Shown piece after piece: positions 44,428 to 55,912 of a stretch of 64,000 bases of DNA. The first letter of the stretch is position 1; the number at the start of each line of letters is the position of its first letter. The position numbers were made by a program, and so were the translations under genes. This stretch comes from Phaeosaccion multiseriatum (Eukaryota > Protista > Ochrophyta, other classes). Below the pieces are notes generated by a model. That model was not told where the DNA came from. It did not search any database and saw nothing but the letters and a program-made list of their open reading frames with translations. The stretch covers positions 1,736,001 to 1,800,000 of the forward strand of contig OZ218955.1 of the NCBI GenBank assembly GCA_965112735.1, read 5' to 3'.

Positions 44428-46680
44428 GTGCCTCGTGGTCCGAGGGGGGAGCAGTCGGGGACGACGACTGGAGCAGCAACAACGAAGGGGCCGCAGCCGT
44501 CAAGGGCACAAGCAAGGTGAGGGGTGTCAGGACGGACGGAACGTGCCCAGGAACAGCACCGCTGGGTTTCGGTTGGCCTCTGCCCTCTCTTTGTGTGGCG
44601 ACTGTAGGAGGGAGGGAGGGAGGGACGGAGGGAGGGAGGGAGCGCGTGTTGTGCCGCAAGGCCTCTTTTGATGTCGCTGCTCTTTGGTCAGTTGCGCGTA
44701 TGGATGGGATGACCCCGGCGATGAGAGCACCGTCTGTCTGCTACTTTGCTTGGAAACGGTCAGGAACGAGGCCCGAGAAGCCTTGGCAATTGCTCCATTT
44801 CTTTCCCCCCCTGCATTGCCTTGCTGACTGTGCTGGTTGGCTGCCCTCTCCTCGTTCCCTCCTTCCCTCCTTCTCTCTACTCCCCCGCCATCTGTGTTCC
44901 TCGTGCGCCGGTGCGGCTCCACTGTTGCTCCACTGTTGCTCCGCTGTTGCTCTTCTGTTGCGCTGCTGCCGCAGGCCCTGGAAAAGTCTTATTTCCGCCT
45001 CACAGAAGCCCCAGATCCTTCCGTCGTCCGGCCTCTAAAGTACTTGAAGAAGGTAAGGCAATGAACGCAAGACAACGGCCAGTAGTGGAGGGAAAGGCGC
45101 AGGGGCAGGGGGGATTGAGGTATGCAGGGTCACAAGGTGAGGTGTCCAAGCTCATTGTACAGGGTCACAGGATATGCGTACTGGGCCAGGCGAATGCGCA
45201 ACGTGGAGGGAGAATTGCGCAGGGGGCTCACAGGCCCTACTCTCTCTCTCTCAACGTCCGTCTGTCTCTCCCTCAATGTCCGTCTGTCTCTCCCTCACAC
45301 ACACACATATGTGCACACACGCGCGCGCGCGAATATGAACTGCCTCGTCCCTGACCATTGGGGAAAAAAGTGTTTTTCCCTCATGCTGACGGACACAGAG
45401 TCACTCCTGACAACTCACCCCCTGTCCTGACACCCTCTGCTGCTCCCTTCCTCCCGTGCCCGCCCTGCCCCACCCCATCCCAGTCTTTGGAGCATGTCAA
45501 GCGGCGCTATGCCGCGGACGAGGAGTACGCGTGGGCGTGCGAGCAGCTCAAGGCCATTCGGCAGGACGTTACTGTGCAGCACATACAAGACGAGCTTACG
45601 GTAGACGCCTACCAGACGCACGCCAGAATCGCGCTGGAGAGCGGGGATCTGAACGAGTACAATCAGGTACAGTAGGTCGGAGGGAGGGGGGGGGGGAGGT
45701 TCGGGAGGGGGGGGGGAGAGAGGGAGGGACGGACGGAGGGAGGGAGGGAGGGAGGGAGGGAGGGAGGGAGGGAGAGAGGGAGAGAGGCACTCGCCTTCTC
45801 TAGCATGGAGTGTAGGAGGTGTCGAGGAGGTGGTGTCCTGTATGGGTTCTCGGCTTTGCTTTTGTTGTTTGTCCATTGTGGGGTGTGTTTCGCTGAGACT
45901 GACACGAAAAATACTAAAGGGTAGGGTATAGCCCGCTGACCACACACAAGACCAACCCCGAAGCCCAAAGCTGATGACCCCTCCTCTGCTTGGAACATCT
46001 GCCCCGCTGCTGTCTGTATGTGTATCACCAACTCCTACTGCGGCTGCTGCTTGGCGGTGCCCTTTCAGTGTCAGAGCCGCTTGAGCGACTTGGCAGCAGT
46101 GGAGGGGCTCACCGTTGCGCAGGATGAGTTCACCGCCTATCGCCTTCTGTACTCGCTCTACCGGTAAGTCAGTGAGTCAGTGAGCGAGTGAGCGCCAGGC
46201 TTGCTTCCTTATGCACTTTCTCTTTCCATCGCCTGTTTCCTTGGTTTGTTCTACTTGGATGGCCGGCCTGCTCCTCCCCCTGCCCCTTCCCCTGCCCCTG
46301 CCTCTTCTCCTGTCGCTGTCCTGCCCGCGTGCGTGCGTTGCCACCCTGACCCCTGTTTCTGTGTTCCCCTCCCCCAGGGGGGCCAAGGAGGACGTGTACA
46401 AGTGGTTGAGCACTTTGTCCGAGCGGCAGCGGCGCCAGCCAGCGGTTCGACACGCGATGGGTGTGATTCGGAGTGAAGGTGAGGCCGGCATGGGACTACA
46501 TCGACTGCCTTGCCCGCCCCCTCCTCCTCCTTTCGTTCCAGGCGCTTCCCTCGTCCTGCTGCTCTGTGCACCCCTCACCTCGCCACACGACGAGCCCCGT
46601 TCCCCGTCCCCCGTTGCTGTACGATAGAGGTATATCGATGATCAATCGTCATGCTCAACGCCTCTTCTCTTCCCCTCCTA

Positions 46681-46728
<48 letters not shown>

Positions 46729-47115
46729 CCACCCGCTTCCGGCTCTGCCCCAGCCTCAAGCGATTACCACACCTTCTTCCGCCTCTACGACTCCGCGCCT
46801 CACATGAGCGCCTTCCTCATGGACTACTTGGTGGACAGGATGAGGCGGGCGGCCTTTGAGCGGATGGTGAGGGCATACATGCCCAGCCTGCCCCTGTCCT
46901 TCATCGCAACGACCCTGTCCTTTTCCAGCGCGGACGAAGCCGCGAACTTCATTGTCAAGCATGGGGGAGTGCTGCGGAGGAGAGGGGAGGGGGAGGGGGA
47001 GGGCGAAACGTTTCTCGACGTGAAAGAGTCGAGAGCTGTTGACGCCCTTGCTGCGAGTACGGCTGTTGCGGCGTCTCGGACCGGCGGCATGAGGAGGGTC
47101 GTCGCTCGGAGATGA
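43434..47115 (+). CDS. LENG8: SAC3/GANP/THP3 family protein (LENG8/Thp3-like); multi-exon
   Basis: Spliced exons give RRNAARF...VKGTSK|ALEKSYFRLTEAPDPSVVRPLKYLKK|SLEHVK...CEQLKAIRQDVTVQHI...YQTHARIALESGDLNEYNQ|CQSRL...EFTAYRLLY...DYHTFFRLYDSAPHMSAFLMD, all hallmark LENG8/Thp3 motifs. Probable 9-nt first exon ATGGGAAAG|GT at 43434-43442. Confidence 0.9.
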
Positions 47116-47560
47116 CAGAGAAGAGGGGGGCTGGGAGAGACACGACCTCGATCCATAGCAGTCCTTGCCTCTGGGGGTTTGGTTGGGTGAGGGGGGGAGG
47201 GAGGGAGGGAACCTGCGCAGGCGCGAGTGATTCCGAAGAGTTGAGTTGCCAAATGTGATTAAAGATGATTTAATTCAACGTCACCTCTTTCCCTTTCCAA
47301 CCCGTGTTTTGCTAGTCTCGCTGGTTGCCACTTCAAAACCCAGCATGCCCTTTCTAAGGAATTACTTGAAAAAGGGACCTAAAACTGAGGAGATGAGGAA
47401 GCCAGAGACTTTCCTGACGGAGGGGGGGCCTCCGACCGTTTCGACCGTTTCGAAACGTGCGTATATCGACACGTTCTATGTACAGCGACAAAGAGAGCAA
47501 GCACTGCATGCAATCTCTCTCCCGCCTCTCTCGTGTAACGGGGGGGGGGTGCTCGTCTCG

Positions 47561-47768
47561 TCAAAACGTATCGTAGAAGCCACTTCCTCCTCCTCCTCCT
47601 CCTCCTCCTCCTCCTCCTCCTCCTCCTCCTCCTCCTTCTCCTCCTCCTGCTGCTCCTCCTCCTCCTCCTCCTCCTCCTCCTCCGGCTGCTCCTCCCCCCA
47701 AGTTGTTCAGTCCAAAGGTGCCTCCGCCAAGACCCGCCCCCCACGCGGCGGAGAACTGCTGCTGCTGC

Positions 47769-47803
<35 letters not shown>

Positions 47804-48996
47804 GTGGTGGTGGTGGTGCAGGTGGTGCTGCTGCTGAGTGGATGGGCCATCAGGCAGCACATCCCCTAGGCCGCCCTCACCCGCCTGCACCTGCGGCGCG
47901 ACTACTACCCCCCCTCCTCCTCCCACTACCCCAACCAATCCTCCTCCTCCCACTATCCCAACTAATCCTCCTCCTCCTCCTCCTCCTCCTCCTCCGCCTC
48001 CTCCTCCTCCTCCTCCTCCCACCACTACCCCTCCTCCTACCCCTCCTATGACTCCTCCTCCTCCTCCTGCCGGGACTGCCCCAGTCACAGCCGCTAGCGC
48101 CGCTGCGTCCGTCATCATCCCCTGCATCCCATCCAAGCCGAGCACATCCCCGGCCGTGGGGATGGGAATGGGGATGGGTATAGACCCCATGCCCGCCACC
48201 CCCCCGACTCCCACCATGCCCCCCCCAACGGCCACTGCAGCCGGCTGCATCAGGGCGGCGCTGGCGGCGTTGTGCTGGTGCTGTGTTTCCGCCTCTCGCG
48301 CTTCCCTAAGGTAAACCGCTGCCGCTGCTGTGGCGGGGTTGGCTTCGATGCTCGGTAGGGAGCAGGGCCACTCTAGATTGTGGGGATCGTCCGGGTCGCT
48401 GGGCTGCTCCTGCATGGTGACGAGGATCCCGGCGACGGCCGTCACACACTCGTCGCTGAGCGGGAGAAGGGAGAGAAGGCGTGTAAAACAAGAGAGGGGA
48501 GTACGAGGCAAGTAAGTAAGGGGGGATGATTCGAAGACACAGAGCACACCCTCGTCCTCCTCCTCCTCCTCCTCCTCCTGTGCCTCTCCACAGGACAACA
48601 AAAAACTTGTGGTCCGGCCGCAGATCCTCCTAGTCAACACCCACCACACCATGCAACTCTCTCTACCACCCTCCTCCTCCTATACTCGGGGTAAAGCTCG
48701 GAGTTCAATCAAAGAGAGCGAGTTTCGATGTGTAAGCCACGTGCTAGCTCTTGCACTTCTTCTTCCAGTCCTCTTTTGTCAAAAAACAAACGCAATACTC
48801 ACGTCCACAAGGGGTAGATTTGGATGAAGTTCGCAAAGGGGAGGCCCTCCCCTTTCTTGTAGGACAACACCGCCACAGAGCCCGCCTGGCCCAGCTGCTG
48901 CGCGTTGAGCAACAACTGAAGGTACTGCGAGTCGGTGCGAGCGCCCTCCAGCAAGGCCAGCGTCTTTGCTTCGGCCTCCGCCTGTGTGCACAGGGG

Positions 48997-49056
<60 letters not shown>

Positions 49057-51373
49057 GGAGAGAGAGAGAGAGAGAGAGAGAGACGGAAAGGAGACGCAAG
49101 GAGAGGGTTTGAAAATGTAAATACAAAAACAAAGTCCCTTCGTTCGTCATTCACTCCGAGACAGAGGGAACGGAGAACATAACGAGAGGGTGAAGTAGGA
49201 AAGTACAGGGGAGGTTGACACAAGCAAGAGGTAACAGGACCCGTTCCTTTCCGTCACTCCCCCCGAGACAAGAGGGGAGGTGCGACGCAAGCGAGAAGAG
49301 TTGAGAGGATCAAGATGGAACAACAGAATGCCATTCCTTGGTCATTCACTCCCAGAGACAGGGAAAAGGGAGAAGATAACGAAAGGTCAGTCAAGTCATC
49401 AGGGGGGGCTTGAGAAGAAAGATGACGGCAAACATACACACAACTCATTCCTTCGTCGTTCGTCACTCACTCAGTCCCGCACACATCCCAACACACACAA
49501 AAAGACCCATCAACCAACCAACCAACCAACCAACCTGTGAAAAGCCCGTGAGTTGGCTCCACACCGCATTGACGTGTGAGATGCAAAAGGGCGGCTCCGC
49601 GCTGAGTATGACTCGCGCCTCTGCACTTGGCTGCAGCGCCATGTCCACCGTGTTTGGCGGCACAGGCAGAGAGTTGAGAGCCCCGTTGGCGCGCTGCAGC
49701 TGCTGCATCCAGCCCATAAAGTCGAAGACAATCTCCGCGGCCAGAAGGCGGCTGTTGAAGCTGAACTTGCATTGCATCATGCCCGTCATGTGCAGTTCGC
49801 AGTTTGCGCCGCTGTTGACGGCTCCCTCCGTCTGCAGCGTGAATCTGTGTGTTGTGTGTTTGAGGGGGGGTGAGGAATTATCAATTGGTTTGCGTCATCA
49901 TCATCATCATCGAGAGAGAGAGCGAGAGAGAGAGAGACAGGGAGAGAGCAGACATGTTTTAGGGAAAGGGAGATGTAATTCAGAGACAGGGAGGGAGACA
50001 CGCCGCCCACCCGAGGGTAAGGCCACACCGGCAGCAAATTGAAGTGAGCCCACGTACGCCACTCCCCACCCTTCCCTTCCCCACGCCCCACAAACGATGA
50101 GAGCTTGCCTGCACATGAGCATATCCCGCGCGATGAGAACGTCCTCGCTGCGCAGGTTCCAAGTCATGCGGGTGGTGCGGCCCTCCTTCTGGGCCCGCCG
50201 CCACTGCAGCGAGCCCGCCCCGAGAGACCCCACCAGCACCGCCTGGGACACTGCGTCAGTCAGCACGGCGTCCACCCCGAACAGAACACGCGAGCTGTTG
50301 ACAATCTCGGCGCGGCTGAAGCTGCGGTACGGGGTAATGGGCTGTGGTGGGATGGGCGAGGGTCGCGAGGGGGGTGGGTGGGTGGGTAGAACGGTAGAAT
50401 GCGATGGTGAGTGTTGTGTTTGGTTGGGTAAGCGCCTTTTCGTTACTTTTTTGTTGATGCCTCCACGTGCATGCCAACCCCCCCCCCCCAATGCCCCCCG
50501 TCTTCTTACCAATGTCAGGCCAAAGGTCTCCTCGAGAATGCTGGCCATCTCCGCGCGGTCGGCCCTCTCCGAGCCAAAGTAGAGGCGGAAAAAATGCTCG
50601 ATCACAAACTTGCGCTGCCGTTCAATCTCGGCCACCTGTGTAAGGTGCCGGGCCCACGCCTCCTGCTCTTGCTCCTTGGACGCACTGAGGTCCTGCACGA
50701 GCTGCTTCATTTTGTTTACATAGGCCTTCTTCCGTAACCGGGTATTGCGAGCGTGCTCTCGATTGCGATCGCGGCTGTTGGAGGAGAAGCGGGACGGGCG
50801 GGGAAAGGAAAGCGTATTAGTATTGTGTCGGTCAGCACACAGCTTCAAGTATAGAGAAGAAAGAAAAGAAGGGGAAGCGACCCCTCGTTCAGAGCAGAGG
50901 CCGACTCGGGTGGGGGGGGGGGCAGCAGCAGTCGCAACACTGTGGAAGCAAGAATCGAGCCTCCCGAGACAGAACGGGCCGCAACCGCCGCAGCAACGTA
51001 GAGGAAGGAAGGCACAGAGTAGGGACTGACTCAGTTGCCTTTCTCCGCGCTTCACCGCCCTCAGAGCCCCGCCCTTCACGGTTGCCCCTTCATGGCCCCG
51101 GACCCTCCACCCCTTCGTTCCCTCCCCTTTGTCGACTTACTTCTGTTGCGCCTTCTCCACCGGATCCAGACATTTCCGCCTGGATCGCACCCCCGCACTG
51201 GTGCTGCTGCTGCTGCTGGTTTGACGGCACGATCTCGCGCCCCCGTCCTCAAATTCCTCTTCGTCCGGTTGCTGCTTCAGCTTTTGGACGTTGTAGCTGC
51301 TGCTCACCTCCAGCTCGGGCTGCGGAAGCGCCTGCTGCAGCTGCTGGCCATGCCCGTGGCCTTCGTCCTCCAT
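47561..51373 (-). CDS. bZIP-PAS transcription factor (stramenopile type, not aureochrome); 6 exons
   Basis: Exons 51373-51141, 50774-50510, 50341-50109, 49844-49535, 48981-48803 and 48455-47561 join in phase. They encode the bZIP basic region NRDRNREHARNTRLRKKAY, the PITPYRSF motif and a PAS domain (EARVILSAEPPFCISHVNAVWSQLTGFSQAEAEAKTLALLEGARTD...SYKKGEGLPFANFIQIYPL). There is no LOV GRNCRFLQ motif. Confidence 0.88.
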
Positions 51374-51835
51374 CGTGAGGCCCCTTCCGCTCTGACACTA
51401 CTGATTCATCCCTGGTCCCGCATTGGGAGGCCTCTCCAACCTCCCGAGGTTTTTCGTTCGTTCTATCTTTACCCCGCTTCAAACTCTGGCACCGCCACTC
51501 CTGGCTGCTGCAGCTTCTGTCCTTCCGGCTCTTTCTCTCCGGCCCAGTAGACACAATGCCTTGGTGTACTATAGGCAGTAGTAGTTAAGTCGAGACTCCT
51601 GCCTGTTGCCAATTGAACACGAATTACAGAAAAACACGTGAAACCTTTCCAAGGGAAAGTGCGATACGTGGCGGGGTGCGTCGTGATTTTGGCGGTCCAC
51701 GTACAAATTTGGAGGCATATAGGCTGGACTCTCGTTTCTTGTCGCACCGGCTACATTCCTGTGCTTCATATACGTAGTTACCGCACTGCCCCTTACCAGC
51801 TTGACACGTTTCCCCGTGCCTGCCTCCTCTCTATA

Positions 51836-52272
51836 TTCGGCCCCGTGCACGCCTAGCGGCCTAGGCTAGGCCGGCGGCCTCCGGCCACTCTAGGCCGCTC
51901 ACTTTTCAGCCCTAGGCGGCCTATAGCCCGCCTCTAGGCAGCCTCCCAGTGACCGTGGGCGCGTGCGTGGTGCCGCCCAGCCAGTGGGTAGCAGCACACC
52001 TGTAGGCCTGCACTCCTCGTAGGGCCAGCGAGGCGGAAAGAGACAACTACTCCTCACTTATCCCATGCAATACATTTGCTTAAAACTTCCGGGCCAGCCC
52101 AGGGGCATATGAGCATATTCCCGCCCTGGACCTGCGCCTAGTTGGCGTCTTCCCTGGGCCGCGGGCCTCCGGCCCCCGCCTAGGCCGCTGCCTAGGCGGC
52201 CTATAAATAGGCCGAGGGCCTACGGCCCTCGCTAGGCCGGGCAATTTTCCAACCTCCTTGCACGGGGCCGAC
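51836..52272. mobile_element. MITE-like non-autonomous DNA transposon (~437 bp, TA-flanked, Tc1/mariner-like)
   Basis: Terminal inverted repeats TA|TTCGGCCCCGTGCA ... TGCACGGGGCCGAC|TA (13/14 match). Internal 15-bp direct repeat CCTAGGCGGCCTATA at 51911 and 52191, plus many CCTAGG/TAGGCC motifs. No ORF. Confidence 0.7.
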
Positions 52273-52347
52273 TATTATGAGAGAAAGCTTGCAAGCCGTC
52301 TCGGACGGTCTTCGAATCGAGAAGTACTGCAGGAGGGTTTGACTAAA

Positions 52348-52468
52348 TCACAGTTGGGATGATTCTTCCAACAGCTGAGCTTCTGAGATGGCCCCGGCGC
52401 CACCCTCCGGATGGTGCTGCGGGGGAACATGTCCCTGTTGCTGTTGATGGTGGTGGTGGTGGTGGTGC

Positions 52469-52521
<53 letters not shown>

Positions 52522-53907
52522 TTGTTGTTGCTCTGGAGGTGGCCAAACCTGCTGCTGCTCGTACTGCTGATGCTGTTGGTGATACGAAAGCTGCTGCCAG
52601 TGCTGCGGTGCCTGCACCAATATGTGCTGCCCCTGCTGCTGGTACTGCATGTGCTGCTGAGTCTGCGGCTGCGTCTGCTGCTGGATCGCCAACCGCTGCG
52701 TCTGCTGCTGGATCACCAACTGCTGCTCCTGCAGTGACTGCATACACCCCCCTGACGTGGGCCCAACTGCATAGCCAAAGCCCTCCCCCACCGGGTACTG
52801 CGTCAGAGGCAGTGGTCCTTGCCCTTGCCCTTGCCCTTGCCCTTGCCCTGGCGGAGGTCCACAAGTAGCGGGAGACCACGGAGCCGAGGCAGGATCATCC
52901 TCGAACATCATCGGCAGTGCCCCCACCACCCTCGCGGCTTCTCCTCCTCCTCCTCCTCCTCCTCCTCCTCCTCCCACTGCTGCTGCTGGTGCTGCTGTTG
53001 TTGTTGTTGTTGATTCACCACCGAGGCTTACCGTCTTGCTACGTCTCTTGGCGCTCCTCCCGGGGTCGTCTCCGTCGTCTCCGACCAGAACGGGCCCACT
53101 CAAGCCCCGCTGTTGGTAGTACAGCCGGACGTAGGCCTCACAGGTCGCCGCGGCTCTCTGTCGCTTGAAAGGGATGGAAAGCGGCTCGGACTTCTTGCCC
53201 TTCTTGCCCTTCCCTCTCGCATGGCCTCGCCCTGCTGAGGCTGCTGCAGCAACAAGCTTCCCTCCCGGCTGCCCAAAGGCGCCCAGAGGAGGAGTGCTCG
53301 CCACCGCCTGGTCATTCCCTCCCAACTGCTGTGCGTCTCTGGCTCTTGCATCATGCCCTCCGTTCATCGCCTCACTACCCCTGTAGTAGGCTGCTGCTTT
53401 CTGCGCTTCCTCTCGGGCCTTATTGGTCTGCAGACTCGCCCTGGCCGTCTCCTGCTGAAGGGAGTGGGTGAAGGGGAGGGGAAAGGTGAGAGGGTGGGGA
53501 GGGGGGAAGGGAGGATCAACGTTACGTTGTGAGACGGTGGTTTGTCTACTTTATTCGGGCAGCAGCAACTGCAGCCACACGCCCAACCTTATCGCAACTG
53601 CTTCCTTTCCCGCTCTGTCCATATGCCAAGGGGGTGAGAGATGAGAGAGAAGACCCGCATTTGTCCATCTTCCTTCTCCTTGCTCGTCCTTTCAGAACGA
53701 ACGAATGCACATCGATCGCCCTGGCACAGGCGGGCGGTGTCTTCTAAGGCCATTCGATATCAGCGAACCCAAGGAGGGCCCCCAAAGCATTCCTCTTCCT
53801 GCCGATACACCGTTCGTTCGTTCCATACCAATGCCCTTGCCCTTGCCCCTGCCCCATCCACCCCCAAATTCTTCCACCTCCCATCCGCCGTCCCTCCTTG
53901 ACCATTG

Positions 53908-53971
<64 letters not shown>

Positions 53972-54888
53972 CTCCTTGTGCTTGTTGCTCCCCACACCAC
54001 CACCGGCCTTTAGACCACCGGCCTTCCTCGTGGCCTTCCTCCAGTTGCCCACCGGGTTGCTTGGGGCCCACTTGAAGGAGTACTCTCCGTGCTTGTCCGG
54101 ACGGGCCGCCGAGCAGGCGATGCAGATGTACTTGAACGTCTTGCTCCTGCCGGTGTGAGTGAGTGGGGCGGGGGAAGGGTGTGCGTGTGTGTGTGTTTGT
54201 GTGTGTGTGGGTGGGTGGGTGGGTGGGTGGGTGGGAGTATGGGTGTGTTGTGGAAACGGGGAGCAAGCCGGTGGGGCAAAGGGACTTAAGAAACCGACAG
54301 GAAGGAGGCCCTTGCCTTTGACAGTCACAGACCCATCCGACAGTCGCCAACAGTGAGTGAGGCGATGCGGCACGCTTCGCCCCCTCTTCAGAGAGCGCAG
54401 CAACAGGGCAGACACACTCCTCATCTCCGTATGCATACCCTCGCCGTGTCATCTCCCTCTACCCTCCCCCCTCCCTCGCTGTACACACACATAAGCACAC
54501 GCGCACACGCACACACGCACACGCACACGCACACGCTCACGCACACGCACACCACTTACTTGGCCATCGCCAGATGTCGCTTCGAGCGTGCGCCCACGCA
54601 GCCGAGATGAAACCACTCCTCGCACTCCTCGCAGCACACCATCACGCGCGTGCCGTCGTCAAGCCCCCTGCATACGCAGAAGAGACCGTCTTCTTGTTGG
54701 TCTTGTTCACCGCCCTTCTCCTCTCGCGCCTCTCCCTGACCTCCTCCTTCTGCTCCTGCTGCTGCAGCTGCTGCCCCCCCGACTCCGACGTCGAAGACGG
54801 TAGCATTCTGCCCACCACCTCCTCCTCCTTCTTCTTCTCCCCCTACACGAGAAGACGTGTTGGCAATCCCCCCTTCCTTCTCTCCTTC

Positions 54889-54953
<65 letters not shown>

Positions 54954-55791
54954 CGCCCGCAGTGGTGCCAATCTTCTCGACGCTCGGGTCGTATGCCACA
55001 GCGGATGCCTGAGCCCTCACCATCGCCCACTCTTGTCGAATATCAATCACTCTTCCAACAGACTCGAGCCTCGGTAAGAGCTTGTAGCAAACCTGCCAAC
55101 ACATACACACACGTCATCATCGGTAATAGCATATGGGATACGGAGCGAAGGGGAACGGGGAAAGGGGGTGGTTGTGTGTTGATGGCCCCTCCCGAAATCA
55201 ACAAATCAACTCAAGACGGAAGGAGGCTAGTGACCAACGGGGTGTGTGGGAAACGCCCAGATGCACGACGGGCAAGGAGGATCCCCAACACGGACGGACG
55301 AAGGAAAGGAGAGTCTTAAGCGGCCTAGAGATGCTGCGGGTGCGTTGCGTGCCCCAGTGCCACAACCAGGTGCAGAGCACCAACCAGCCAACCAACCGGC
55401 CAACCGACCAACCAACCAACCACCCAACCAGCAAACCAGCAAACCAACCAACCAACCAACCATCCAACCAACCATCCAACCAACCAACCAATCCAACCAA
55501 TCCAACCAACTAACCCACAAACCTGAATGTCGCTGTCCTCCGCATCCAGCAGCAGCTCCAGCGCCTCCTTCAAGGAGTGCTCCACAGCGGTGCACACCGC
55601 CGTGCCCTCCATGCCGAGGCGCTTGCCTTCCTTCGTCACGCCTGCGAGCAAGGAGCGAGTAGTAGAGGAGTGAGTCCACACAGTTGTGTCAGGTTTTAGT
55701 GGGGTTAGTTTAAGGCCACGACAAACACACAAACACACACACACACACACACTCACACACACACACACACACACACACGTACGCACACGCA

Positions 55792-55831
<40 letters not shown>

Positions 55832-55861
55832 CCCACACCCACACCCACACACACGTTCCCA

Positions 55862-55912
<51 letters not shown>

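Noticed and set aside
47561-51373. Aureochrome (bZIP-LOV) call
   Set aside because: The PAS domain lacks the flavin-binding GRNCRFLQ motif (LALLEG instead) and the PITPYRSF region marks the bZIP-PAS family.
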